In this document: one piece after another, positions 23,448 through 37,400 of the stretch
Position numbering within the stretch: position 1 is the first letter of the stretch
Layout of the letters: each line of letters opens with the position of its first letter
NCBI RefSeq assembly: GCF_006345805.1
Contig: NC_042998.1
Location: 189,224,001-189,288,000 of the forward strand
DNA: 64,000 nucleotides
Source of the DNA: Octopus sinensis
Taxonomy: Eukaryota
Direction: 5' to 3'
Notes under the pieces: generated by a model
Told to the model about the DNA's origin: nothing
Seen by the model: the letters and a program-made list of their open reading frames with translations, nothing else
Database searches by the model: none
Program-made: the position numbers and the translations under genes

Positions 23448-24697
23448 GGTCAGTATAGTTTAAGCCCCGGTCACAAAAACAACAAAAAAAAGCAGTCTAC
23501 TAGGTGTAAAAAAATGTGTAGAAAATGAATATGAAAACAAAAATTTGCGCAAACGAACAGGGAGATGACTTTCGGAAAACTCACACAAGACGGGTTTTTC
23601 CCCCTCATAACTTTCAGGAAAATGGATATCTTTTAATGAAATTTTACAAACACCTTTCAAATATCAGATTACGATTATAAAGCAATTTGTGGGGGAAATG
23701 TTTTCCGAAGGGGTGCGGAGAGGACTGTCGGAAAGTTCACACGATCCTTTATTTTTCCTTCATAACTTTCAGGATCTAGTTTAGCGTCCGGTCACCAAAA
23801 CGACAAAAAGCCAGTGTAATAGGTGTACAAAAACGTATAGAGAACGAATATGAAAACAAAAATTTGCGTAAACTAACGAGGGGGCAAAGGACTTTCGGAA
23901 AATTCACACAATCCGATTTTTTCCCTCATAACTTTCAGGAAAACATTTTCCCCTCAAATTTCGTTATAATCGTAATCTATGCTGTTTGAAAGGTGTTTCT
24001 GTAAAATTTCATTAAAAGCTATCCATTTTCTTAAAAGTTATGGGGTGGGGATCGGATCGTGTGAATTTTCCGAAAGTCCTCTCAACATCCACCCACCCCC
24101 ATTCGTTTACGTGAATTTTTGTTTTCATACTCGTTTTCTACACGTTTTTTACATCTAGTATACTGCTTTTTTTTCCGTATTGGTGAACGGGCGCTAAATT
24201 AGATCCTGAAAGTTATGAGGGGGGGGGGGACGGATCGTGTGAACTTTCTGACAGTACCCCTTCGGAAAACATTTTCCCCCAAAATTTCTTTATAATCGTC
24301 ATCTATGCCGTTTGAAAGGTATTTCAGTAAAATTTCATTAAAAGATATCCATTTTCCTGACAGTTATGAGGGAAAAAACCCGGATCGTGGGAATTTTCCG
24401 AAAGTCGTCTCCCCACCCTTTCGGAAAACATTTTCCCCACAAATTTCTTTATAATCGTAATCTGTGCCATTTGAACGGTATTTCTATAAAATTTCACTAA
24501 TATATAAATCCATTTTCCTTAAAGTTAAGAGGGGAAAATCGGATCTCGTGAATTTTCCGAAAGTCCTTTCCCCATCCACCTCCGTTCGTTTGCGCAAATT
24601 TTTGTTTTCATAATCGTTTTCTACACGTTTTTTTACACCTAGTAGGCTGGGGTTTTTTTCTTCTTTTCGTAACCGGGTCTTAAACAGTATATTGACC
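23448..24697. mobile_element. Modular foldback element inserted into a SINE
   Basis: Long imperfect inverted arms built from repeated modules. The host SINE sequence is split (..ttacattctg | cgttcaaatccc..). Confidence 0.75.
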
Positions 24698-25073
24698 CTG
24701 CGTTCAAATCCCACTGTGGTTAATTTTGCTGTTCATCCCTCAGAGATCGATAAAATAAAAGTATAAGTCAAGTACTGGGGTCGATCTAATCGACAACACT
24801 TTTCCCCACAAAAATTTCTAGCTTTGTACACAGAGAAATTTGAACTCGGAATGCACCGGCAGACGAAATACTGCTACGCATTTCGCCCGGCGTGCTAACG
24901 ATTCTGCCAGCTCTCCTTGTAGAGGTGTAATTGTAGTAGCAGGCGGGCAGAGAGGAAGTGAGAGGAAGGAGAGATAAAAGAGAGAAGAAAAAAGAATATA
25001 AAACCAAGCAAAGTTCAGAAAAGAGAACAAGTGGGATACACAAGCACTTGTTTCAAGAAAACAGCTGTTAAGA

Positions 25074-25302
25074 ATGCCTGTCGGAAATTTATTTCGGAGA
25101 GCGATTCGAACTGGTTACCTCTGTGCAACATCTTGTCGCCAGAACAGAATACTACTTGCATCGCTGTCCACCCAGACGAAAAATAAACTTGATTTAGCGG
25201 GTATATTCCCTCCTATTACAACACCCTTCAATGCCGACGAGACCATAGCCTTCGATAAACTCGAGAAGAATTTATCCTTATGGAAGAATATACCATTCAA
25301 AG
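25074..25302 (+). CDS. HOGA1: HOGA1 exon 1
   Basis: MPVGNLF...[13 protein letters not shown]...IPFK G|gttggt. Confidence 0.92.
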
Positions 25303-27697
25303 GTTGGTCGGTGATTACAGAATTCTCACCTTTTTGTTTTGTTCATTGTTTTTAACCTGTTTAAATTCTTCGTTATTTATTAAATTTCCTGTTATTTTTA
25401 TATCCACTTTATTCCATTAATAGTTTACAATAGTTGTAAAGTTTCACTTCCCTCTATCTATATAAAAATTTATTACTGAAACTGTAAAGTTCAATTTTGA
25501 CTCTTCCAGTTCCTGTATTCAGTACCTCACGGAGAGATTGAACTTTCCAATCCCAATATGAATTGTCTTTACTCTACAAACGTATTGAGTCTTCTCTTAA
25601 AGGTAACTACCAAATCCATGTGTGCGGATAGTTAGCGAACTGGAATTTCTTGGAGCCTAAAATAAAATATATGCCTTGTGGTATTTGTTCCGGGTCTCTG
25701 AGTTCCAGTTCCGTCTGTCATCATTACCTTTCATCCTTTCAAGGGTCAATAAAATAAGGTAGTTGTCCGGGCTATGTGAGAACATCGGATGACTCTTTAC
25801 GTTGTAAGTTTGTGGGTGAAAGACTTAGTCCTCTCCCGATTGAACACCGTTTGTTCTTTTGTAGCTTCCCTCAGGTGTATCACTTTCAGATTACCTCCAA
25901 TTCGGGAAGTAGAATAAAATCGATTTCATATTATCCATAAAAGTAATTTCGTTTTACCCCATGTGATTTCAGGTTTGAGATTCGCACTGCAAACTACGAT
26001 AAAATTCTAACTGACAATGCAGTATTTAAGGTTAAATTTTCAAGGAGATCGTATTTCTGTCTGTCTATGTCCCCCATCACCGTTTGACAACCGGTGTTGG
26101 TTTGTTTATGTCCCCATAACTTCGCAGTCCAGCAAAAGATAGCGATAGTAAAAGTACCAGGCTTAAAAAAAAAAAAAGAAAAGAAAAAAACAAGTACTAG
26201 GCTCGGTGGAATTTTGGTTTAAGCATTATGGATTATGGATCGAAACATTCAGTCAATATGGGGTTTTAATATCGGTATATCGGTATAAGGCTTCAGATTT
26301 ATCTCATTAGGTAGTGGCTGTTGTGATGTTAATGCCTTTACCAAATGTACTAATCTTTTATAGACAAATACTGATGATGCTTCTACTTTGATATAGAACT
26401 TCTTTGACAAAATTCAAAAAGAAAAAATAATAATAAATAAAAACCTGTGTTGTTATTTTAAATTTTGTGAAAAAAATACCAGAATCTCAACATTGAAGAT
26501 TTTGAAAATTCCTTAATATTGAACATGTTGATTATCACAAAATATTTGTTCAATTGCGAATCAACAAAGTTAGGGACAGACTACATATTACTGCAAAACT
26601 TAAAATGACATTTTCTGTGCTTGCATGAGTCAAATGGAATTTATTGAAGCAGATTTGTTATGGCCAGATACCTTTTCTGTTGCAAACCCTTACCTATGTG
26701 CAAGCAAGGTATTTCATCTCCATAGCTGGACATGTTTTTATGGAAGATTGGAAACAAATGACAAAGCTGCTCACTTACAACTAAATCATGATGTCAAGAA
26801 AAGGAGACACACACATACACACACTGCTTCTTTCAGTTCCCATCTTCAAAATCCACACACAAGGCTTTGATCGACTCAGGACTATAATAGAAGACACTCA
26901 CAATGCAGTGGGACTGAACCCAAAACCATGTAGTTGGGAAACAAACTTCTTAACCTCTCAGCCACTTAAAGCAGAAGAAGAAAATAAAGATATAAAAATA
27001 AATAAATATGAGATGCAGCATGGAGTTTTGTCAGTGAACAGGTCGCGGTCTCAAAGCGACGAAAATATTTTGACAAATTAAATTTAAATGTTGAAGTGAA
27101 TCAAACGGTTTTTTGTGTGTTTCTTAAATGGCTTATAAACACCTTCCACGCTGCAATTGTTTTCATTCCAGCACACGATCTCAGATCAGGCCACTTGCTA
27201 TGCAAGTACATCTCCATAAAAATAAATATGTACTTGTAGCTCCCTTCACTTTTATGGTTTGCTTGCTAATTTGTCATAAAGGTCGATTGTTAACTAATTT
27301 ATCAAATTTTTCATCACACAATGTCACAGTAGTGTGATGAAAAATTATTACTATTATAATTTTAACAGCAAAAAAGAACTTTTTTTTTTTTGTTTTCATA
27401 AAGATAATCAATAATACTTCCCGAACTATGACATATATTGTTGAAAAGATCAGTTCTGTCTTCTTTCTAACACGAAACTGATGAACAAAGTCAGAAAACA
27501 GCACAGCTCCCATGACTTTTGGAAACATTTTTTCACGCTCAGAGTTGCTGAAGCATGGAATAAACTGCCTGCGTCAGTTGTTGACTGCCATGACACTGCA
27601 TCCTTTAAGGCCCTCATGCTTTCCGAAATCTGCCGAAACTACACCTGATTATATATACACTTTAGATGAGTTGTAGTTCACCTGAGCACTGTACACA

Positions 27698-27729
<32 letters not shown>

Positions 27730-30700
27730 CAGTTCAGTCACCCTACAAAGGTTGGGAATGTAAATAAAGCTGTTTCACTTGCATTCAAAGCAGGTTATGG
27801 ATTGGATATACTACACCAAAACACACTGTAATTTGTTTATTTAATATTCTAATTTGAATGAGAGCTCCATTATTTATTCTTTTTTTTTTAATAGGTTACA
27901 CTTTGATGGGCTCAAATGGAGAATATGTCTTTTTAAGTCTGGAAGAACGATTGGATATTGTACAGAAAGTTATTAGTTTGACCAAAGGAGATGACAAAAT
28001 CATAATGGTTGGTACTGGTTGTGAATGTAAGCATTTAATTTCATTTTTCCTGAATTGTACCATGTTGGAACCACTTTCCTATTGTTGAGCTATCCTCTTT
28101 CTTTTCTCTTCTGCTATGATGCTTTCTGCTCTTCACTGATTATATGGCACAACCACTACTTAATTCCTTCCATTTCACTTGCTTCTTCTCCTCTTCCTTT
28201 CATTTTACTATCTGATATGTCCCACTAAATTCTTTTTTTCTAATCCTTCTTTATCACAGCTACAGGCCTCTGAAACTACCATCCTGTATAACCATCCAAT
28301 AGCGTTTGAAAATTCCAACCAAACATTAATTTCCTGTCTCTACCAACTTGTCTAGGAAACAGAGTATTAACCATATTAGCCTAAACCAGTGATCTCTTCT
28401 TTGTTTTGGGAAGTCTTTTGACCCTGTATCTCTTCCTTTGATTAAATCTAAAATAATAAAAATATTACTTATATAAATAATTTCTCAGATGACATAACAT
28501 GTGAAGTTCCCCCAAAATACTGGTTTTCTGCCCATTTTTTGGTAAGATTCTCAAAGTAATGTCCTACAAAGGAAGAGGGGTCATCTCACTCTGTTGAGAT
28601 TGACATGGTTACTGTTTAGCTTGGAATATGGTTTTAAGATATTTATAGAAAAATAATTCCTTTATCCTTCATCTAGCCATTAAGCCCTCACTAAAAGCAT
28701 TGTCTCACCTGTGTTCACCATTCACTGCATTCACCTATTTCTCCATCTCTATCTATCTGCTGCTTTCATTTCACTCTCTCACAAACCTACCCATTCACCC
28801 TGTCCAATCCTCTGAACTGCTTCTCTTATATTTACCTTCAACTATTAAGGGTACACCCAAACACCACCTCACTGTCTCTTTTCCTTTTCCACTTGGGGTA
28901 GCCTTTACTACGAGTTACCTGTTTCTATCCCTCTATCATATTGTAACCTCTCATCACCTGGCATAAAGCCTACTTCCTCAATACTACTCCCCCATCAATT
29001 GAGGGGCTTTGTCTTGCAAGTTATTTGATGACTGCACTAGTACCAATGCTAGGTAAAAAAGTACCCTGTACACTCTGTGAAGTGTTTAGTATTTGGAAGG
29101 GCATCCAGCTGCGGAAAGTTTTAATTAAATGTCTTAATATTTCAACTGAAAGGAGATAAAATGGTCTTGGCTAAAATAGTTTTGATCATAGATTTATTTA
29201 GTCAGGGTTGATGTTTTTTTTTTTAATTCTTCACCTTCATTTGATTACTATACATTTCTCAGACTGACATGGGTTGACCAGATCTGCTCAATAGGGACTG
29301 TTATGTACCGGTCTTGAATCCTTTCATCCATAAAATTGATAACAGCTGATCAGTTTCCTTCATCTTTTCATTGTTATTATTGTTGTTGTTTAAACCCAGG
29401 TTGGGACTGATCCAGAAAACCTATAACCAAAGACATTCCAACTATGACTATTCTGCCTTCTTTTAAGACAGTAGGGCATTGTTTGAGAGATGTTTAGCTG
29501 TTATTTCTAGTAGACATGCAACTACATAGAAGCTTCTTTGTAGACTCATACATTGTAGTATTCTGGTTTGTAAACATTTCAGAAATGAATCATTACATCA
29601 TCATCATCATCGTTTAACGTCCGTTTTCCATGCTAGCATAGGTTGGACAGTTCGACCGGGGTCTGGGAAGCCAGGACGCTGCACCAGGCTCCAGTCTGAT
29701 CTGGCAGTTTCTACAGCTGGATGCCCTTCCTAACGCCAACCACTCCATGAGTTATTACATGATTAGTAAAGTGAGTTGTTTTTTGGGGGCAGTTTTAATT
29801 AAATGTCTTAATATTTCAACTGAAGTGTAAATTAAGTATAAATTAAGTCTGCATGGATAGAAATGTCATTTCTTACTTAATCAAGCTCTTGATATTCAAA
29901 ACTGACAATATGTATATAGAACACAAGTGTCTAATGTTTCAAATTATATCTCCTTTCAAGGTAGTTCAAACAAAATTTCATTTTTACTTTGTACTTTTGA
30001 AGGTGGAGAGAAAAACCACACATAATTTATTCTAAAGGTGACCTGGTGGTGGTATTACATTTTAACTAATCTTCTGCATAAGTTTTCGTAAATGAAAGAT
30101 AACCTATATTGAATTAACATCATTTACATACAAAAAAAAATTATCTTTCACTTGGAAGATATTTATTAGCTTTAAGATATGGTGCCTGGTGAAGATTGTT
30201 GCTGGGTCAAGGTGATCCAGCTGTGACCATATAGTTTTTCTTTTAGACATAACTAGCAGTATTGCCCGGCATTGCTTGGGTTTGTTTCGACCCTTTAGAA
30301 TTGAAATTTTTGAAAAGTAAGAAATTTGCATTATGTAACTTGTTATTCTCTTTAAGTGAACGTTTTTCTGGTTGAAATACACCGAAAAATAGCAACACAG
30401 CAGTAAAAAAAATCGTTAAAAATAGGGATTTTCATAGAAAGAAAGCACCTTTTTGATGTGAATAATTTTTGGTGTTAACATGGTCTGATTTGAATTTTTT
30501 TTTTCTACAGAAGGAAGAGCAAGCCTTCTTCTATCATACTCTCAATTTTGGTCAACTTGCACTGCAGGGTCTCGGAGGAGATAGTTGAAGGCTACTAAAC
30601 TTGCCATACACAGACAACTTCAGCTTTATATAGAGAGAGATTACGACTACACGTCTTACTACTTCTTTGTGACATTTAGACAAGTATGATTTGAGGGAGA

Positions 30701-33674
30701 CTTAGCTGTTATTTTTACCATATTGATTCCCTACGATTGGCTTGTATAAATTGGTAAAAGCATTCAATGAAAATATTATGTGAAATAAATGTTCATTTAG
30801 TCTACCTGAAATAACAACTAAAGCTCCTTCATATCATATCCTTCCATCTTAAAAATTGGAAGGACACATTAAACAATGTAGTCCTAAACACATTTAAAAA
30901 GATGAGAAAGCTTTTGCTCATAGATCTGTTCAACCAAGGCTTACCCAGGCTTAAACAACAACAGAACTACATATGAAGTTTGCCTCAGTAACATTTGTAC
31001 TTCATTGCTACTGACAGGCAATCAGACAGTCGTATTAGAATGTAACTGAATTTTATCAATGATCACTGCTTACCCACCCATACCACTTCTCTTGTATTCA
31101 CCTTCCTGTAACTTGAGGGTAAACCCTGACATATCTTCACCACTATCCTTCTCCTCTACCAAGTGGGGTAACCATGTATCACCCTATGTTCCTGTTCTGT
31201 CATACTTTAATCACTTAACACTTCCTCAATACTACTTGCCCATTTCATTGGGGGGGGGTGTCTTGCCTTGTGAATTATTTATTGACTTTACTAATGTTGG
31301 TGCCATGTAAAAAGCACCCAGTATACTTTGTAAAGTGGTTAGCATTAGGAAAGACATTCAACCGTAGGAACCATACCAAAGCAGACATTGGAGCACAATG
31401 CAGTCCTCTGGTTTACCAGCTCTTGTCAAACTGTCTAACCCATGCCAGCATGAAAAACAGGCGTTAAATAATGATCATGATCATTTGTCTATGTTTAGGC
31501 ATTTCTAACTAGCCAAGTCAATAAGATGTTGTTTTATCATTCCAGTATATGTACATCTTTGTATGTGCATAAATGTTTCTCCTATATCAATTGATCTATC
31601 AAATATATGAATAATAACATACTTAGATGAAGAGGTCTGATAATACTAAAACATGTCTAGAGTTGTTTTCATGTCTATTAAAAACAGACTATCCATCCCC
31701 TCCACCGTATCTATTTATGATTTTAATTAATTTGGATTCTCATGTGTCAACTCATTAAAGTAAAAAAAAAATTCCTTTTGATTTTGAGTTGTTTCCCATG
31801 CCTTTTGGTTTGGTTTAGTTAAACATTTATTTCTTTACTACCCACAAGGAGCTACACACAGAGGGGACAGATAAATGGATTAAGTCGATTATATCGACCC
31901 CAGTGCATAACTGGTACTTATTTAATAGAGCCCGAAAGGATGAAAGGCAAAGTTGACCTCGGCGGAATTTGAGCTCAGAACGTAGCAGCAGACGAAATAT
32001 CGCTAAACATTTCGCCCGGCGTACTAACGATTCTGCCAGCTCGCCGCCTTCTCAATGTGAACATAGCCTTTATTAATTAAAGTGGTCGTATACATTTCAT
32101 TAAGTATATTAGTGCCTACTTCACTATTTACCACCTTCAGAGATGACAGTTTTCTATCTGAAATTACATTGTGTCCCTCTGTAGCAAAGGTTTAGGTTTT
32201 CCATGGCTTAATTACACTAACTATAAATAAGCACCATGAGGAGGTACAATGCACCTTCTCTAAACAAGAAGTGCATTTCATACTTGGTAAGTTTTTTTGT
32301 TAGACTACAGCACAACTCAAATGTTTGTATGACTTTAGAAAAAGTAATTGTAAATCACTCAAGTACATCATATTCTAAAATATTGTATGAAGATGAGGAT
32401 GAAGTCTCCATTAGTTCCAACATAGGTTAACTGAAGAGGCTACCATAAATCCTCGAGTATAATCCGCATTTTTTTCCCAAAATTTAAATGCCAAAATCCC
32501 TAGTGCGTACTATATACGAGGTAAAAAAATGAAAATTATTTTCTAAGCAATGTCCGAGTCTCTATTTGCTATCTGATGTTGAGTGCGAAAATACCTCAAG
32601 ATAAGCCTGAAAGCAATGAAGTCATAAAAGAATCATCCATAACTTGCAATAAGCAACATTTATTAAACGTTATTACTGTTATTTCTTTATTTTCTGCAAA
32701 CAAAATGCACAAAAAAGCTACACGTTTGCATTGTTATATATACAATAATAATAAAGAACGTTACCGTATACATTTTTACAAACCAAGGACGTTATATAGA
32801 CGTCCTTGACTCAAGTTAGAGAAGGGGTGTGTATTATACACAAGGTTTAGGTTTTTCAGAGGAACAGCCCCCTAAAAATCCCCTGCGTATCATACTCAAG
32901 GGCGGACTATACTCGAGGATTTACAGTACAAATTTTATATACTTTCAGCAACACAAGCAACCATTAAGTTTACCAACCAAATAGCATCAGTTGGTGCTGA
33001 CACTGCACTAGTAGTGACACCATGCTATTACAAAGGAGGTATGTCAAACTCTGCCCTTATACAGCATTATAGAAAGGTAAGGCTTGTTGAAAATTGAAAA
33101 TTATTTGTTCTTCAAGTTTTGTACTGGATTTTCATAAGTCAATTGTATTCATTGAAGTACTTTGTCTGGCTCTTATTTTGTTGACCTTCTAAAGAGGAAA
33201 GAAAAAGGCACTCTGAGTGTAATTGACAAGGAACAAAATACTATGAAGTAGGTTTTGATAAACATATTCTGCTATCCATTACTGATATGCATATATACAT
33301 ATGTTTTATTTTTAACAAGCAGAAAGTACAAAGTGACTCAAAGGATAAGATCTTGATAAGTGCCATACAAAGTCAGAAAACAGCACAGCTCCCATGACTT
33401 TCAGAAACATTTTTTCACGCTAAGAGTTGCTGAAGCATGGAACAAACTGCCGGCATCAGTTGTTAGTTGTCGGAGCACTGCATCCTTCAAAACTTCCATG
33501 CTTCCTGAGATTTGCCAACACTACACCTGATTTTCTCCCCTCCATACACATGCAAGCATGGATCTGACTCATACATTGTTTGCTTTCCAGACATTTGCAC
33601 ATTACTGCATATGCTTTATATGCACTTTTGACAAGTTGTGGTGCACCTGGGCACTGTATACAATAATTTCATCA

Positions 33675-33705
<31 letters not shown>

Positions 33706-34392
33706 GATACTCTTGGCCCTTGAGTCACTTTGTAGCTTCTGCCTATTGAAAATAAAAAAATACTCACACTCATGTTTTGTGTTCTATTTCTATCCTGTTT
33801 GCACTACTATCAAACCTACATATTTGCATGTGTGTGTGTGTTATGATTTTGACAATTTACCAGATGAAACTGTAGTAAATCATAATCTTAAACTATCTCT
33901 TCAATTCAATTTAAATTATGTTTATGGCCGGTGTCTAGCATTAAGTCCTTTATATATTGGAATATCATTGCCAGAGCAACAAGCTGGCCTTCATGCCAAT
34001 GGCACATTAAACACACCATTCGAGCGTGACTGTTACTGCATCGCCTTACTAGCACTTGTGCTGGTGGCATGTGAAATATTCGAGCGAGGTCGTCGCCAGT
34101 GCCGCTGGACTGGCTCCTGTGCAGGTGGCACATAAAAAGCACCATTTGGGCGTGGGCGTTGCCAGTACCACCAAACTGACCCTCGTGTCGATGGCACATA
34201 AAAGCACCCACTACACTCTCGGAGTGGTTGGCATTAGGAAGGGCATCCAGCTGTAGAAACTCTGCCAGATCAGATTGGAGCTTGGTTCGCCAGACCTCAG
34301 TCAAAATCGTCCAACCCATGCTAGCATGGAAAGCAGACGTTAAATGATGATGATGATGATTGCACATCTGTGCAGTATTGCAATTTATCAAG

Positions 34393-34427
<35 letters not shown>

Positions 34428-37400
34428 ATGTTTGTTTTCTCGGTGACCTGACAACTAGAGATCAAGCTGAATAGTTTCAGCTTTATTTACTGCTTCAGTT
34501 ATGAACTACTACCCACCTTCCTAACTACATAGACATTAGTAGGTTATGGCTATTCATTGCATGCACAAACACTGATAAAACTAAATTAGTCAGTCCTAAT
34601 TTGCATGACAATATAATCATTAGCAACATGAATTATTTATGAATAAGATCACTATACAACATTTGGATAGACATAAAAATTAAAGTAGGTGGCGAGCTGG
34701 CAGAAACGTTAGCACGCCAAGCGAAATGCGTAGCCGTATTTCGTCTGCCGTTACGTTCAGAGTTCAAATTCTGCCGAGGTTGACTTTGCCTTTCATCCTT
34801 TCGGGGTCGATAAATTAAGTACCAGTTACGCACTGGGGTCGATGTAATCGACTTGATCCATTTGTCTGTCCTTGTTTGTCCCCTCTATGTTAAGCCCCTT
34901 GTGGGTAGTAAAGAAATATAGACATAAAAATTAAAGAAAGAAAAAAAACGTGGTATAACCATAGTATCTACTTTTTACAGCAAGGGTAAAAATTTATGTT
35001 CACTAAAAACACATATTTGTAAATTTAACTTATATCTCTGTTTATCTTAACACTGTGTAGTTTCCCATTATCATCATCATCATCATCATCACTTAACTTT
35101 CGTTGGACAGTTTGACAAAAACTGGCAAGCCAGAGAACTATGTTCTCTGGCTATCTATCTGCGGCTTTATATAGCTATGGTACGACCTCACCTGGAATTT
35201 GCATCACCGGTCTGGAACCCCTATCTTGCCCAGGATATTAATCATCTGGAAGCCATTCAGCGATGTGCAACCAAGAGAATACCCCCCCTCAGGCATTTGC
35301 CATATTCTGAATGCCTTACTTCCCTGGGCATGGACACATTGAAACTCCGACGTCTGGCAGCTGACTTGGTAGACACCCATAAAATTATTAACCATCTTAA
35401 CCAACAATAACTCTGAGCACCTTTTCAAACTCCACCTGTCTAACACCCGTGGACATGTTTACAAAGTCAGAAAACAGCACAGCTCCCATGACTTTTGGAA
35501 ACATTCTTTCACGCTAAGAGTTGCTGAAGCATGGAACAAACTGCCGGCATCAGTTGTTAGTTGTCGGAGCACTGCATCCTTCAAAACTTCCATGCTTCCT
35601 CAGATTCGCCAACACTACACCTGATTTTCTCCCCTCCATACACACACAAGCATGTATCTGACTCATACACTGTTCGCTTTCCAGACATTTGTACATTACT
35701 GCATATGCTTTATACGCACTTTTGACAAGTTGTGGTGCACTTGAGCACTGTATACAATAATTTCATTATATGTTAAATTCTATTGTCTGCTTTGACACAG
35801 TTTCTATGACTGGACACCCTTCCTAATGCCAACCACTTTATAGAGTATACTGGATGCTTTTTTTTTATTGCACCAGCACCAGTGGGGTCACCAAATAACT
35901 TTCAAGACAATACAAAGTCTCCCTCAACTGGAGGGGGTTAGTATTGGTAGAGGTGGCTTTGTGTCAGTTGACAAGAGGTTAAACGAATAAGATGGATAGA
36001 GATAGGTGTCTTGCTGTAGAAAAGATACAAGGATATCCCAGTTGGAGAAATAGGGAGAAGGAAACTTAGAGAGTGGGAGAGATGGTGGTGGATATGTGAT
36101 ATAAAGTAGAGAGGACTTTTTAGTCCTGCCATAGAAAACCCCTCTAACACTAATAGCATGATAGAATATATCACAGTCCTTGGTGTAAAATGGGCAAAAC
36201 ACTTTTAGAAATGAGAATGATAATGGATTTCCCATCAGTGTCAACAATGAACATTTAGTTGTTCAACCGATTGATTTCCTATTCATGAAGTCAATATGTA
36301 AGGAGCTGAGCCTTCCACAGGAACATGTTCTCTTAATTAATTCTCAGGCTAAACCTGTGTAGCAAAATCTAACGAACTTGAACCTTTTGAATTTACAGTC
36401 AGATGTAATTAATAAAAGAACAAGAGAATTGGCCCTCTTTACTAATATTATATTTATTAACTACAAAAGAATGGAAGACAAAGTTGAGTCTACTATTGAC
36501 ATATAATAACTTGATATCCTTGACATATAATAACTTGATATGTTATAACCAAGCATCTCACCATTTATTTATTTATTATAACTTAAATATCTCAAATGGA
36601 AATTGTAGTTAAGATACCCATGCTGATGACATGTTAAAAGCACTGTCTGAATGTGGCAGATGCCAGTGCCGCCTGACTGGCGTCTGTGTCGGTGACTCGT
36701 AAAAACACCAACCGATCGTGGCCGTTTGCCAGCCTCCTCTGACCCCTGTGCCGGTGGTACGTAAAAAGCACCCACTACACTCACAGAGTGTTTGGCGTTA
36801 GGAAGGACATCCAGCTGTAGAAACATTGCCAGATCAGACTGGAGCCTGGTGCAGCCTCCTGGCTTCCCAGACCCCGGTCAAACCGTCCAACACATGCTAG
36901 CATGGAAAACGGATGTTAAATGATGATGATGATGATGAGCTCACTATTGATTTATAACTCAACACCTCATGATTACTATATTATAACCTGATATTTCCAT
37001 ATTAACATATTATATAACTTCACCTCTCTATTTTGACATGTAACTCAATATCTCAGTATTGACATACATAACATATAGCTTCAAACTAGTCATTTATCTT
37101 TTGAATAACTTTGCAGGGCTCTTGTTAACTTACTTACAGTCAAACTTGATTCGGTTTTCTTCTCATTACAGGTTGCTGATAACAGCTTAATTCCAATACT
37201 TCTCTACAGTGTTCCTTCAAATACGAGTATTGATTTAGCTGAAGATGTGATAATACAGTTGGCTGATCATCCCAATATTATTGGTCTCAAAGATAGTGGA
37301 GGAAATGTAAGTACCTTGTTGGCAAATACTGACTTTATTGATCTCTTAGATAATATTAGCCTACTAAATTTGTATTAGTGTCACTTTGGAGACACATACA

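Noticed and set aside
31621-31665. Possible third hammerhead (agatgaagag...aaaacatgtctagag)
   Set aside because: CUGAUGA and GAAA are both damaged and stem II cannot be formed.
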